From contig CP068257.2 in assembly GCA_009914755.4 (NCBI GenBank), positions 31,744,001 to 31,808,000 of the forward strand: a stretch of 64,000 bases of DNA, given 5' to 3'. Of the stretch, positions 34,663-53,487 are shown piece after piece (the first letter of the stretch is position 1; each line of letters opens with the position of its first letter). The position numbers and the translations under genes are program-made. The notes beneath the pieces are model-generated. The model searched no databases. It saw nothing but the letters and a program-made list of their open reading frames with translations, and was not told where the DNA came from. Source of the DNA: the human T2T-CHM13v2.0 reference genome, Homo sapiens.

Positions 34663-34803
34663 GTAGTGTAGTGCTTTAAACTAATCTCTATTTTGCAACT
34701 ATTTGAACATTTTCACATTAAACAGCTTAAAAACAAACCTAATGGATATCTTCAAAAGAAACACTCTTTTAGTCAAAACACAAAGTGAAAATATTCACAA
34801 TGA

Positions 34804-35209
<406 letters not shown>

Positions 35210-35845
35210 CCGGAAACAGATTTTTTAAAGGGAGACATAGTATCTATCCCTTAGAGTTCTGTAAGAGTAGAATATGTAAAATATGGGACCTGTGGCAATT
35301 TGTAGCCATGAGCTGTTAAGTAGTGGCCGTTTGCGCTAGATAGAAAAATGTAACCAACAGCACAAGTGCAGTAAATCAACTGACCAGTTAGTTACCTGAG
35401 TGTTGAGGAATTAAGGCTTCTATTTGTAATTGTAGCAGGTGCTGCTGACTTTTTCAGGGGATTGGATATGTACTGTGCCACAGAATTTTTTATCATTATT
35501 TGCTGACTTGAACAGCCAGAGCTTCTCATATGCTTAGAGACCACCGAGAAAGACAGTAAGTCCCCAGCAACTTAAAAACCATTGCATGTGAATGTCCACT
35601 GGGTAAGCTCCTGAGTGTTCATAATCTCAGCAAGTGAAAATATCATGTAGCTGGAATGCTTTTGCCACCTTTATAAACGATCATGATAGTAACATTTATT
35701 GGTCAGACGAGATGCCAAGTGCTTTATATACATTACCTCTCTTAATTTTCTCAGCCATTCTTTCGAACTAGGTTATATCTCTAGTTTACTTCCTGGAAAG
35801 TCAAACCTTTCTTGATAGGAAGAGCCAAATAATCTAGGTCAATAA

Positions 35846-36183
<338 letters not shown>

Positions 36184-36419
36184 TAGTATTTCTTGAAGAG
36201 AACAATTTCCTGGTTATGGCTGAGGAATCAGAAAATGCCTTTTTATTTCTCATCTGCAAGGTGATGGAGGTGGGATCAATGATGTTCACCTAATTGACTT
36301 TCATCATAATGTCCCCGCCCCCAATAGAAAGATCCTAAAGGGTCAGTCCTTAATTATCAAGATTAAATGATTAATGTTAATTATATTTTATTTTATTATC
36401 TGTGTGTGATAAGTGTTAA

Positions 36420-36755
<336 letters not shown>

Positions 36756-37157
36756 CCCTCCTATTCCTAAATATGCATAAAGTCTGAAATGCCTGGATCT
36801 GGGATAGGTAGATCAAAGGTGTTGGGATGGGTCAGGAAGGCAGAGTTGTTCATTCACCTCTTCACTGGTTGTTAAATGGTCCTAGTGTTTGGCCCTGAGT
36901 GTATAAAAATGATTAAGACAATGAATGTAGAGAATAGTCTACTTAGAGACCTTGTCAGAATGTCTGTATTACCATGTGTACTATAATAGATACACATACA
37001 CTATGTGCCATGATTTTTCAAAAGTGCTAGAATAGAAATATTTTTAAATGTTATAGGACACTACTTGCCAGGAAGAGTTGAAGAAAGTCCAATAGAGGAA
37101 GAACAAACTGAGCTGGGTTTTGAAGCATGGAGTTTCAGATTAAAGAAAAGAAGAAAA

Positions 37158-37446
37158 GGCCAGGTGTGGTGGCTCACGCCTGTAATCCCAGCACTTTGGG
37201 AGGCCGAGGCAGGTGGATCACTAGGTCAGGAGTTCGAGACCAGCCTGGCCAAGATGGTGAAACGCTGTCTCTACTAAAAATACAAAAATTAGCTGGGCAC
37301 AGTGGCGGGTGCCTGTAATCCCAGCTACTCAGGAGGCTGAGGCAGGAGAATCGCTTGAACCCAGGAAGTGGAGGTTACAGTGAGCCTAGATCGTGCCACT
37401 ACACTCTAGCCTGGGTGACAGAACAAGACTGTCTCAAAAAAAAAAG
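37158..37446 (+). mobile_element. Alu (first of a tandem pair)
   Basis: ggccaggtgtggtggctcacgcctgtaatcccagcactttgggaggccgaggcaggtggatcactaggtcaggagttcgagacc... Confidence 0.9.
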
Positions 37447-37447
37447 A

Positions 37448-37800
<353 letters not shown>

Positions 37801-38303
37801 TTATGGTATTTTAGCGAGTGGTGGTGATTGGTCTGGGATAAGATCTTGAAGGATTTTCAGCTTACTCAAGTCTGAACTCTACCCTCCATGCCAGGAATCG
37901 GCAAAGTTTTTCTGTAAAGAACTAGACAGTATGCACTCAGATGGTTACAGAAGTTTGATTAAATGGCTGATTTCTGAATTAGGTATGGCGCTTGAGACTC
38001 TGCCTAGGGAGAGTGCTCAGGTCATGCTTATATGTGAAAATGTGTCGTTATTTTTTCCTCTTGCTCTCACACATGTCCCTTGGTTTCCTAAGTGAGGTTT
38101 TGAAAATGAAATTTTGACAGTTGAGCCAAAATGCCCTCTATAAGCACGTGTATTTCCTTCTTTAAAGAATTCCCTCTCAGGAATTCCCTCTCTAATGTAT
38201 TGTAAGATTTGGGGTTCGACCATTAACGCATTAGTCCAGTTCAATAAGCTTCATTTTTTTTTGTTGGTAGCAGGGTCCATTTTATGGGCGAACATACCAG
38301 TAA

Positions 38304-38726
<423 letters not shown>

Positions 38727-38734
38727 TACAACAA

Positions 38735-39061
<327 letters not shown>

Positions 39062-40179
39062 TAAAATTCATAACTCATAATCTAAAATTTATGCTCAGCA
39101 CAGCTAACTTTGGAGACCTACCAAGAATGGTGCAATGATTCAGCAGCTACTCATGGTAAGACAAGAGTATCTGGGTGTAACCTGTATGAAACCTGCATCT
39201 CACAACCACTGCTCCTTCTCCCCAGCCTTCCAGCCCTGGTGTTTCCCATCGGGGGCCATGTGGCCTGGAACACAGAGGCTGGGCTGCCCAAGGACAGGCC
39301 CCCTGGCCTACAAAAAGGACAGTCTTATCACAGATGTGCAATCCTTGGCACTTCCCTGTGGCGTCTGCAGTTCTGAGACTGATTTTCTTCTATAAATGTG
39401 AAAAGATAGGGGATGATAGGAAACCCGGATATAAGGCAGAACAATGTTGCTTGGGCCATCTCTTACACCTCAGTGAAACGGAAAATGAAGGAAATGGAAG
39501 GCTGGCATGGGAACCCCGACTTATACAGTGATGCCCTTTTGCTGTTCCACGCGTCGCTTGGGGTGGAAGCCCTTCCTTGTCCCCTCGCCACCCACCCCGG
39601 AGCCCCTTGGTGCTTCCTTTCTGAACTGAATGCTTAGACTGGGGAACTAGAGGTGCCCGGAAAGGGAAGTCGGGAAGAAGAGACTATTCCTGTTGGTTCC
39701 TCCCCAGAGATGGGAGATGGTGAACAGGCGTGTGGAGGGCGGAATAATGGTCCCCAAAGATGTCCACGCCCTCATCCTCAGAGTCCGTGAACCTGGGAAT
39801 GTGCTGCCTGACGTACAAAAGGGACTCCGCAGATGTGAGTAAGTTAAGAGCCCTGATGTGGGGAGATTGTCTTGCATTGTTGGGCCAAGTGGCCTTATAC
39901 CACCACAGGGTCCCCAAAAGATGGAGCAGAGGCAGAAGGTTCAGTACCAGGGAGACAAGAAGGATGCGGCCAACCTTGCTGGAGGAAGGTGCCCTGAGCC
40001 AAAGAATGGGAGTGGCCTCTAGAAGCTGGGAAAGGCAAGGAAATGGATTCTCCCTGGAGGCTCGAGAAGGACCCCAGCCCTGCTGATAACTTGACTTTAG
40101 TCAGTGAGACTGACTTTAAACTTCTGACCAGCAGAACTATAAGAAAATAAATTTAGATGTGATTTTTTAAAATTTATTT

Positions 40180-40355
40180 ATTTTTAGAGATGGGGGGATC
40201 TCGCTATGTTGGCCAGGCTAGAGTGCAATGATTATTCACAGGCATGATCATAGCACATGCACTACAGCCTCGAACTCCTGGGCTCCAGTGATCCTCCCGC
40301 CTCAGCCCCTTGAGCAGCTGGGACTACAGGTGCGCACCACCACGCCCAGCTAAAT
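40180..40355 (-). mobile_element. Alu right-arm-derived fragment (diverged)
   Basis: gggatctcgctatgttggccaggctagagtgcaatg...cagcctcgaactcctgggctccagtgatcctcccgcctcagccccttgagcagctgggactacaggtgcgcaccaccacgcccagcta. Confidence 0.65.
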
Positions 40356-40750
40356 CTGGGTTGTGTGGAGTCACTAGGTTAGTGATAATGTGTTACAGTG
40401 ATAAGAAGAACCTAATACAGGAAATAAAAGGAGTTGTCAGATTCTTTGAATGCCCAACCCTAAGCAGACACTCACCCTGTTCCTGGAAAGAGCCGGGTCC
40501 AGCTGCGTTTTCTCATGGCCCAATAACAAGAAGCAGACAAACTAGGAAGAAAGAGAATTTATTGCTGTAACAGGAAGGTCGGAGATAATCCGACCAGACC
40601 AACTCAAAGTGTTTGATTTTCTTTGTGCTTACATAGGTTTGGGTTATGTGCCTATGTGTGGTATTGCACTAAGTCTATGAGTAACTAATTTTGTTTCAAC
40701 TAGAAAGTCAGAGGCCAAAAATGTGCTTTCTAAGTCTAATCAAGCTGTGA

Positions 40751-41117
<367 letters not shown>

Positions 41118-41900
41118 AGGAGTTTATTTCTATCTTGTCTCATTTACAGTTTGGTCCGGAGAGCTGCCTTAGACTCTCCAATAAATCTATTCAAACAGCT
41201 GCCTCTGTTATCTTGACTTGCTCCAGGTTTGGAAGAAGCCTGTGTAGGATCTGTGTTTCATTTCTGGCTTTGATGTCTGGGCGTCAGTTTCCCTGGGGTT
41301 AATTATTAGCTTAATGTGAAGGCAGCATTGTGGAAATTTCTCTGCATAGTTCGGATGCTATTCAGATCTGTCTGTGTGACTGTCATGCAGGCCTCTCTGT
41401 GTGACTGTGAGGGAGCATTGACCTGCCACCACCCCCCTCTGGAAGCATCCAGTCCCCAACTGGCTTTGGGCATTGCTAGGTCATAGCAGCCACAGCACAC
41501 CTGGTGGGCCTGCCTCTTGCCACGCAGCTTTACCTGTCTGCCTTCGGCCCAGGATGTCATGAGGCCTGCTGTGTGTCAGGAGAAGTGTTGTTAGCTGGTT
41601 GGGTGAAGGTCACCCAGAGCTCATAGGTGTGGAGGGGAGGGGCATCCTATAACTAAACAAATGGCCGCAGACTTGGCAATTCATCTTTCAGAAGAAGAGC
41701 CAGTGGTCAGGCTGTCAGCTGATCTCTTTGAGGTTGAGCGCATTTACCGAAAATGTGTGGCTTGAATTTCCTGCTTTGAATTTTGGAACAGCATGTTTTT
41801 CAAACCTTTCTTCCACCTTCTGGGCATTTCTTATTAATCTTTTTGGTCAAAAGCCTTATCTTGATTATGTTTTCTTTCTAAGACAAAGGGCTCCCTGTGA

Positions 41901-42399
<499 letters not shown>

Positions 42400-43161
42400 G
42401 TGTTGTCCTCTAACTTTAATGTGTGTGAGAAGCAGCTGGAAAGCTTGTTTAAAATGCAGATTTCCTGGGGGCCTCAGGACCTGCACTTTAACCAGCACCC
42501 CTGTGATTGCGATGCTGGGGGTCCTTGAGAGACAACAACTCTGATGGTGCCCAGAAGTCGGCGTTCCTTGCCCTCCCCTGCAGCTTGGGCTTTGCGTACC
42601 TGATTTAGGATGTTTGTGTGTTTGTGTGTTTTTGCGTGTGTAGTGTGTGCACGTGTGCACGTATTTGCGGACATTTACCAGACACTTCCTTGGTACTAAA
42701 TCTGAAGCTAACGCGTGTCACATGATCACCACGTTAATCTTCGCCACAGCCCTGTGGGTGTATCATTATTGACCCCTTATTCCTGAAAAAGAAAACTCAA
42801 GCTCAGACAGGTGAAGTGACCTGCCCCGAGCCTAATGCAGTTACTAATGGTAGAACTGGGACCCCAGTCCGGCCAGACTCCAGGGCCCAGGACCTGTTCG
42901 TAACAACTGGGACCTGCAGGTGGAAAGGCTGCCCCAGGCGCCTCTTTTCTTTTTGTGCTGCCTGTACCAGTAGGGCCATCTTTGTAGCCAAAAGTCGGGG
43001 GTGTGGGGCCATGCCCAGGGGGACCTGGTAATGCCATTTCTGCACTTTGACAAAAACTGAGTTGTATGAATGACTTAGATAATGGACATTGAAACATTTT
43101 TGTAATTATTTCCCTCTCTCTCCTCCCTTCCTCCCTCTTCTTTTTCTCTGTCCCCCTCAAG

Positions 43162-43294
43162 ACCCTCTTTCCCAGCTGCCCGCTCCTCAGCACCCGAAGA
43201 TTCGCCTGTACAACGCAGAGCAGGTCCTGAGTTGGGAGCCAGTGGCCCTGAGCAATAGCACGAGGCCTGTTGTCTACCAAGTGCAGTTTAAATA
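43162..43294 (+). CDS. IFNGR2: IFNGR2 exon 2 (133 nt; ...DPLSQLPAPQHPKIRLYNAEQVLSWEPVALSNSTRPVVYQVQFK + 'ta')
   Basis: Acceptor tctgtccccctcaag|ac at 43160-43161 with a good pyrimidine tract; donor ta|gtaagc at 43295; translation matches IFNGR2. Confidence 0.93.
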
Positions 43295-44140
43295 GTAAGC
43301 CGGTATTTCTGTTGGATCCTTGCTGGGAGCTGTGGGGGCATCGTGCGGAACCCTGGGGCCACATACTAGTCCCTGCCTCTGTGCAGGGTTTGTTATCAAA
43401 CCCGTGGGAAACACATCGTTCTTGGAGCTTGTAAAATCTCTGAGGACAGAGGTTTCACAGCCTCCCACTCATCTGAAGGCTTAAACTACACTGGCAGTCA
43501 GGACTCCGCTGTCTAACCACACGGGTTCTTGCTTTGGTGGAAAGTTCATTCTTTCGCTGGTTTCAGGAGAAAGGTTGTAAAAATAGGCTTCCACCATGGA
43601 AGAACAGGAGGCAGCTTTTAGTCTTCATCTTCGGGCTTAAAAATCGGATTGATTTAACCTTATAGACCAAATATGGCCTGATCAGAAATTTGTTTGGTTA
43701 ATTACAATGAATTCTGAGTTTCTCAACTGGTTTTCCATTTTGCATATTATCCTGGCTCTTTCATCTGTCTCTTGCCTCTTCAAGCTTTTGCAGAATTGGC
43801 CATCACTTGATTTGCAATATAAATACATATAGAAAGAGGGCAAAGTCCACATCCTTTGTTATTTTTTGTTTACGTTGTTAAGTAGGTTAATTGAAGAGTA
43901 AGGTGAAGTTATTGGCTAAGTCATTTTGTACTATTTGGTAAACCAAATGTAAAGACATGATGATGTCCAGTGCTTGTGAGATGGGACTGGTTCATATGTG
44001 TTCACCTGATGCTGTTTGCAGAATCAATTAGCATAGCCCTTTCAAAGAGGAATTCTACCAGACATTTGAAGTCATGGAAATGTCCATAGTAGTTTTCCAA
44101 TGTGTGTGTGTGTGTGCACGTGTGCATGTGTGTCTGTTTG

Positions 44141-44435
44141 TTGTTGTTGTTTTGAAACAGAGTTTCCCTCTATCGCCCAGGCTGGAGGGCAATGGCATGA
44201 TCTCAGCTCACTGCAACTTCCACCTCCTGGGTTCAAGTGATTCTCATGCCTCCTGAGTAGCTGGGACTACAGGCATGAGCTACCATGGCTGGCTAATAGG
44301 TATATTTTTAGTAGAGATGGGGTTTTGCCATGTTGGCCAGGCTGGTCTCAAATTCCTGGCCCCATCCTCAAGTGATTTGCCCGCCTGGGCCTCCCAAAGT
44401 GCTGGGATTGCAGGCATGAGCCACCGTGCCCAGCC
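44141..44435 (-). mobile_element. Alu preceded by an interrupted (TG)n (44101-44134)
   Basis: gaaacagagtttccctctatcgcccaggctggagggcaatgg...ggcatgagccaccgtgcccagcc. Confidence 0.88.
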
Positions 44436-44814
44436 TTCATAGTAGTTTTATCCTACACAGATAATTCAACCCCCCATCAAAAAAAAGAGAGACAAAAACT
44501 ATAATCATGAAGAGATACATGGAAGTGTATATTCATATCCATCAGTAGGAAAGTGACCAATTTTAGCCTGCTAACTTACGCTTGAACACTAAACCACAGA
44601 CAGCCAATAGAAAGGATAATTAGATGTCATCTGGTAGAAATTGCAACTCTGTAAACTTTGGCATGTATTTGTATTTTTTATTTCTTATTTTTGTTACTTA
44701 AAAAAATTTTTTATTCACTTTTATACTGAAAAGTTGCAAGTGGTATGTATTTATTGTCAAGAATAGAAAGGGGCCGATCATGGTGGCTCACACCTGTAAA
44801 AGAATAGAAAAGTA

Positions 44815-45356
<542 letters not shown>

Positions 45357-45369
45357 TTCAGATAACTTC

Positions 45370-45745
<376 letters not shown>

Positions 45746-46286
45746 TAAATCACATTGATCTGTTCCTCCAGTAGTTATAAATTACGAACATTAAGTTACC
45801 TGTAATTAATGGAGCAATCCACCAGAGCAGGCTACACAATTTGCAAGACCCAGTGCAAAATGAAAATGTGAGACCCTTTATTTAAAAAGTATTAAGAATT
45901 TCAAGATGGCAACCGCAGAGCATCAAATGAAGTGCCTTTCTGAGAACGGGCTTGATGTGAGCGCACAGGTCACATGTCAGGAAGTTGGCCCTACCCTCAG
46001 CATTCAGCAAACATTACACCCTAGAGCTAAACAAGAAGCTTGTTGTGAGAGTCACGGCTGATGTATTGACTTAGGCTTGATGCTGATTTATGGGCTCCTT
46101 GGCCTTGAACAAGGAAGTACGTTTACTGATTTTCAGAGGAGATGCTTCTAAAAATGGGATAAAACGTTATTGCATTAAAAAAAAAAACCTTTGATAGAGT
46201 TTCATTTGATAAACTAACCTGTTTCACTTTGTCTTCTTTTCAAAAAGCATTTTATAGATATTTTCTCAGGGATAAAGGTTGGTTTT

Positions 46287-46629
46287 ATTTTTTATTTATT
46301 TATTTATTTATTTTGAGACAGAGTCTCGCTCTGTCATCCAGGCTGGAGTGCAGTGGCGTGATCTCAGCTGACTGCAACTTTCGGCTCATTGCAACCTGCG
46401 GCTCACTGCAGCCTCCGCCTCGTGGGTTCAAGCGATTCTCCTGCCTCAGACTCCTGAGTAGCTGGGATTACAGGCACCCACCACTACGCCCGGCTGATTT
46501 TTATATTTTTAGTAGAGACAGCTTTTCACCATGTTGGCCAGGCTGGTCTCGAACTCCTGACCTCAGGTGATCCGCCCACCTAGCCTCCCAAAGTGCTGGA
46601 ATTATAGGTGTAAGCCATCACGCCCAGCC
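46287..46629 (-). mobile_element. Alu with an internal ~17-bp tandem triplication (ctcagctgactgcaactttcggctcattgcaacctgcggctcactgcagcc, 46360-46410)
   Basis: (attt)n gagacagagtctcgctctgtcatccaggctggagtgcagtggcgtgatc...ggtgtaagccatcacgcccagcc. Confidence 0.88.
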
Positions 46630-47381
46630 TAGAGGTTGGTTTTAGTAAAAGAAACATAGGTTAGGGTACATGTGAATATTCCTGTTAGAAAAAGGTGAAA
46701 TCGGGGATGATTTCTTTTTCTTTTTCAGTTTGTAGATTTGATAATGGAAGAGGGCCTTTGCATTTGTTTTTAGATACTTTGTTTTAGATACAAACATGTG
46801 TTTGGGACTTTTTATTAGTTTTGAGGCTTGTGAGACTTAAATTTCCACCGTGTTTCTCTACAATAAAGCATTGCTATGATTAAAAATGAAGATGCCTTTG
46901 TTTTTTGACAGAGTATCAAGACCAAAATTACATGGAGCACTTGATGGGAGAATTTCAAGTCTAAATCATGGGTAGCAGACAGTGGCTGCAGGCTATTTGG
47001 CTCCCAGTGTTTAATTTTTTTTTTCTTCAATTTGTTGCCAACATTAAGAAATCTGGACTTTTCACTTAGAAAAAAATAATAATAAATAACAGGAAAAAAA
47101 ACCAATCCTGATGTCAGTTTTCCTTGAAAATGCAGACAGTCGGGCAGCAAGGCCCCTTCCAGATCACGCCTCCTGGTCTACTGCCAGCCCCTCTCTCAGA
47201 CCTGCCCAGCCCTGTCTTCTCAAACATTTGTTTTTCATTTTCTTCTGATTTTAATAGCAATCCATGTTCTTTATAGAAAATCTGGACAATCTAGAAAAGT
47301 AGAAGAAAATAAAATAACCTGTTGTTCTACACTCTAAGAATAATCACTATTCTCATTTTATTTTACTTTTTATTTTATCTT

Positions 47382-47681
47382 ATTTATTTATTTATTTGAG
47401 ACAGAGTCTTACTCTGTTGCCCAGGCTGGACTGCAGTGGCGTGATCTCAGCTCACTGAAACCTCCGCCGCCTGGGTTCAAGTGATTGTCCTGCCTCAGCC
47501 TTCCAAGTAGCTGGGATTACAGGCGCCCGCCACCATGCCTGGCTAATTTTTTTGTATTTTTAGTAGAGATGCAGTTTCACCATGTTAGCTAGGCTGGTTT
47601 CGAACTCCTCACCTGAAGTGATCTGCCCGCCTCAGCCTCCCAAAGTGCTGGGATTACAGGTGTGAGCCACTGCACCCAGCC
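47382..47681 (-). mobile_element. Alu with 15-bp TSD attattctcatttta (47347-47361 / 47682-47696)
   Basis: (attt)n gagacagagtcttactctgttgcccaggctggactgcagtggcgtg...ggtgtgagccactgcacccagcc. Confidence 0.9.
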
Positions 47682-47732
47682 ATTATTCTCATTTTAGACT
47701 TTTTTTTCTAAATTCGTTCTCTTGTTTGAAAA

Positions 47733-47756
47733 TTGTGTGTGTGTGTGTGTGTGTGT
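47733..47756. repeat. (TG)12 (IFNGR2 intron 2)
   Basis: tgtgtgtgtgtgtgtgtgtgtgtg. Confidence 0.95.
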
Positions 47757-49037
47757 AAACCAAACCAGACTGGGGTCACACTTCTGGGGTCTATTTCCTT
47801 TTTTATTTTAACTTGATGTAGTTAAATGTGAGCATTTTTTCATGTAATTATTTCTGTGTGGACATTGTATGTTTCATTATGTGACATATCACATGTGTTG
47901 TATTTAACTTTTCCCCAGTCATGGGCGTAGACAGTTGGCAGCTTGTGCCTGTCCTAAGTCATGACCTCGTACATGAATCATATCTGGTTATTTTCTTACA
48001 CTTCTAGAAGAGAGGTTGCTGGGTCAAAGGGGATGGACTTACTTAATGTTTTTGTGAGTGACCTCACAAAGGCTGGACATAGCTCTTGAGTCCCAGGGAC
48101 AGGCTGAGCCCCGGCAGTGGCAGGGGTTTGGGGGAGCAGGCCCTGCACTGCATTTGAGGAAGAGCCGTGCATGTTGCTCTTGGAGGAGGAGGAGCGGGGC
48201 GGTTAGAGGGTCTTTAGGTATCTGTCTACCTTGAAAAAGAAATCACTCACCTCTTCCAGAGCACGCCCCTCACCCCCGACCTGAGAGGAGAGGCTCGTGG
48301 TTTGCGATCCCTCTCCCCATTAGGGTCTGTCACCCTGGGGCTGAGTAGTAGGTATCTATGGCGGGTGTCTTCATGGAAGCCCTGGCCACGCATCTTGAAG
48401 TGGCTTTCATCTTGTCCCTTGCAACTTAAGCGGAAGATGCATCTTGGAGAGGGTCGGAGGTACAGTTAGAAGCATGTGTGGTACGTGAAAGCCGGTGGTC
48501 GTGGGGATACAGAGCGGTCTCCAGTCTCGTCTCCTGTCTCCCATGGCCTTGCTTTCTGGGCCATAGTTGCTGTTGTAGGGGGATACTGTCCGCTGCCCCT
48601 ACTCAGGCTCCCAGCAGCCACCTCCTTGGCCTTTCTGAAGTCTGTCACCTAAGGCAAAGAGGTCAGAGCTGGGGACTAGAGTCCCACGTGGGAGTGTGGC
48701 ATTGGGACTCTGGGAAAGGCACTGTCATTCACAAGGATGTGTGGCCATGTATTTGGCAAGGTTTTCATATGGGTGAGACAAATCCTCTTTGAATGGGCAG
48801 CTATGGGTGGAAAGAAACTCCGCACCAGCAGGAAGCAGGACTGGAGTTTGTATTAACACAGTTCCATTCCCAAAACATAGGCTACAGAGACTGAGTTTGA
48901 AGTATTAAAATCAGTTATGGGATGGAATGGGAGAAAATATTTGCAAATCATCTATCTGACAAGGGACTTGTATCCAGAATAGATAACGAACTCTTACAAT
49001 TCAACAATTAGAAGACAAATAACCCAATTAAAAACCA

Positions 49038-49185
49038 CAGCTGGGCACAAGGGATCACACCTGTAATCCCAGCACTTTGGGAGGCCAAGGCAGGAGGATT
49101 ACTTGAGTCTAGGAGTTCAAGACCAGCCTGGGCAACAAGGAGAGACCCCCAACTCTACAAAGAAATTAAAAATAAAAATAACAGT
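49038..49185 (+). mobile_element. FLAM-like left-monomer Alu fragment
   Basis: gctgggcacaagggatcacacctgtaatcccagcactttgggaggccaaggcaggaggattacttgagtctaggagttcaagaccagcctgggcaacaaggagagaccc. Confidence 0.75.
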
Positions 49186-49189
49186 AGCA

Positions 49190-49625
<436 letters not shown>

Positions 49626-49754
49626 GCGGGGGGGAACTGTATGGTACATATAAATTGTATCTCAATAAACCTGTGTTTTGAACAAAAGCTCTGGGGAAAC
49701 TATTACACATGAAACAGAGAATTCTGTGAATTGAAATCCTTTTTTCCTTCCCAG

Positions 49755-49960
49755 CACCGACAGTAAATGGTTCACGGCCGACATCATGTCCATAGGGGTG
49801 AATTGTACACAGATCACAGCAACAGAGTGTGACTTCACTGCCGCCAGTCCCTCAGCAGGCTTCCCAATGGATTTCAATGTCACTCTACGCCTTCGAGCTG
49901 AGCTGGGAGCACTCCATTCTGCCTGGGTGACAATGCCTTGGTTTCAACACTATCGGAATG
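49755..49960 (+). CDS. IFNGR2: IFNGR2 exon 3 (206 nt; Y|TDSKWFTADIMSIGVNCTQITATECDFTAASPSAGFPMDFNVTLRLRAELGALHSAWVTMPWFQHYRN + g)
   Basis: Acceptor ttttccttcccag|c at 49753-49754; donor aatg|gtaaga at 49961; the frame continues from exon 2 in phase 2. Confidence 0.93.
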
Positions 49961-50424
49961 GTAAGAGAACTTGAGTATAGAACTTCCTTTATACTTTCCA
50001 GGTTTTCTTCACTTGCGGTATCGACTCCACACACCTCTGTCCTGCCTGTCACCCTAAATGACCAGCAGACAAATGGGTAGGACAGTCAAACCCACACTCT
50101 GACCTTGGAGGCTGATGCTAAGGGAGTGTGATTTGCTAAACCAGGGGTTGGCCAACTACAGCCTGCAGGCCAAATCGGGCCCACCACTTGTTTTTGTAAA
50201 TAAAGTTTTATTGGAACACACAGTTACATCCATCTTTTATTGTGTCTATGACTGCTTTCACACTACAATGGTAGAGTAGTTGCAATAGCAGCTGTTGAGC
50301 CTGCAAAGTCTAAATTTACTGTGGCTCTTTACTGAAAAAGTTTGCCAACCTCATGCTAGAAGGGATGCTAGCATATCTCTCTGATCACCCTTACTTATTC
50401 TGGTGCAACTTCTTTTGTGTTGCA

Positions 50425-50500
50425 GAATAGGCACCTTGAATGGTGCCTGGCATGTAGTAGGTATTCAGTAAATATTTGTTGAATGACTGAGTGAACAAAT
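50425..50500 (+). mobile_element. MIR tail fragment (IFNGR2 intron 3)
   Basis: gcaccttgaatggtgcctggcatgtagtaggtattcagtaaatatttgttgaatgactgagtgaacaaa. Confidence 0.55.
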
Positions 50501-50769
50501 ATGTCCCCAGATATTGGAAGGAGACAGAAGAACCCTCAGATTCCAGTTCCTACATTTGTTCCTCCAGTAATTCATTTGTCACGTAGTCAGCCATGCCAGA
50601 TGTTTCTTCCGTGTCTGGTTTATGCACACACAGGGCATGAAACTTACATGGATCTTGATTTAGACAAACTAATGTATAAGACAATTGAAATGTGATCACC
50701 GTCTAGATATTTGATATATAATGAACAATTTTATTGTTGACTTATTTTCAGTGTTATAATGGTGTTTTG

Positions 50770-51176
<407 letters not shown>

Positions 51177-51298
51177 GCAAAATAATCCAAAGAACAGGAG
51201 GGACAAGGACAAAGCTTCCAGGCATAGAAGAAACAAAATTGGCCATAAGTTGACAGTTGATTCAGTTGGGTAATTAGTACATGAGTGTTTGTTAATGA

Positions 51299-51614
<316 letters not shown>

Positions 51615-51663
51615 TATCTTCTCTCTACTTTCTATGTGTTTGAAATTTTCTGTAATAAAAAGT

Positions 51664-51979
51664 TTTTTTTTGTTGTTGTTGTTTTTGAGGTGGAGTCTTG
51701 CACTGTCGCCCAGGCTGGCGTGCAGTGGTGCAGTCTCGGCTCACTGCAACCTCTGCCTCCTGGGTTCAAGTGATTCTCCCTCCCGGGTTCAAGTGAGCCT
51801 CCCAAGTAGCTGGGACTACAGGTGCACGCCACTATGCCCGTCTAATTTTTTGTATTTTTAGTAGAGACGGGATTTCACCATGTTGTCCAGGCTGGCCTCT
51901 AACTCCTGACCTCGTGATCCGCCCATCTCAGCCTCCCAAAGTGCTAGGATTACAGGCGTGAGAGCCACCGTGCCCGGCC
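51664..51979 (-). mobile_element. Alu with 15-bp TSD aataaaaagtttttt (51650-51664 / 51980-51994) and an internal 20-bp duplication
   Basis: ...gaggtggagtcttgcactgtcgcccaggctggcgtgcagtggtgc...ctgggttcaagtgattctccctcccgggttcaagtgagcctccc...ggcgtgagagccaccgtgcccggcc. Confidence 0.9.
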
Positions 51980-51999
51980 AATAAAAAGTTTTTTAGAGA

Positions 52000-52120
52000 G
52001 GATCATGCCTGTAATCTTAGCCCATTGGGAGGCTGAGGTGGGAGGATCGCTTGAGCTCAGGAGTTCAAGATGAGCCTGGGGAATATAGCAAGACCCCATC
52101 TCTATTTTTTTTTTTTTTTT
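52000..52120 (+). mobile_element. FLAM-like Alu monomer fragment
   Basis: gatcatgcctgtaatcttagcccattgggaggctgaggtgggaggatcgcttgagctcaggagttcaagatgagcctggggaatatagcaagaccccatctc + poly-T. Confidence 0.7.
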
Positions 52121-52138
52121 AATCAGTGGTTTGTGCTA

Positions 52139-52590
<452 letters not shown>

Positions 52591-52894
52591 GGAATGATAC
52601 TTACCGCCACTGCCCAGGGATCAAGAGAAGGTAACAGAAGCAGGATGTATCGTGACAGTGGGTCCGGTGCCAGCCAGCTGCCGCTTCCGGCCGGAGTCAA
52701 GCACCCATGTTTCTGTTAGTTACTGGCTGGGTTGCTGTTCTCTGCCCTCGTGCTTGAAAAGCTTGACACAGTGGTGGTCTCATGTCACATCTGCCACTTT
52801 CACCTCTGCTGGTGGCGTTAGAATCAGTAATGGATATGGAGGTGGTTTACCAAGCGGAGGAGTGAGATGGTGGTTGGAGGGGGCAGGCTTTAGC

Positions 52895-53010
52895 ATCACC
52901 CTCACCTGGGTTCATATCCCAACTCTGCCATTTATTGGCTGTGTTACTGTGGGCAAGTAGTGTCACCTCCTGGCTTCCGTTTCCTCGTCTGAGAAATGGG
53001 GATAACCTTA
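52895..53010 (+). mobile_element. MIR fragment (IFNGR2 intron 3)
   Basis: cacctgggttcatatcccaactctgccatttattggctgtgttactgtgggcaagtagtgtcacctcctggcttccgtttcctcgtctgagaaatggggataa matches MIR ...ctgggttcgaatcccggctctgccacttactagctgtgtgaccttgggcaagtcacttaacctctctgtgcctcagtttcctcatctgtaaaatggggataa. Confidence 0.65.
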
Positions 53011-53023
53011 TTTGTTTTTTTGT

Positions 53024-53487
<464 letters not shown>

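Noticed and set aside
42777-43364. 195-aa minus-strand ORF and 140-170-aa minus-strand ORFs overlapping IFNGR2 exons 2 and 4 (e.g. 55149-55655)
   Set aside because: These are antisense shadows of real coding exons extended into flanking intron. Coding exons are depleted of stop codons on the opposite strand in some frames. They are not independent genes.
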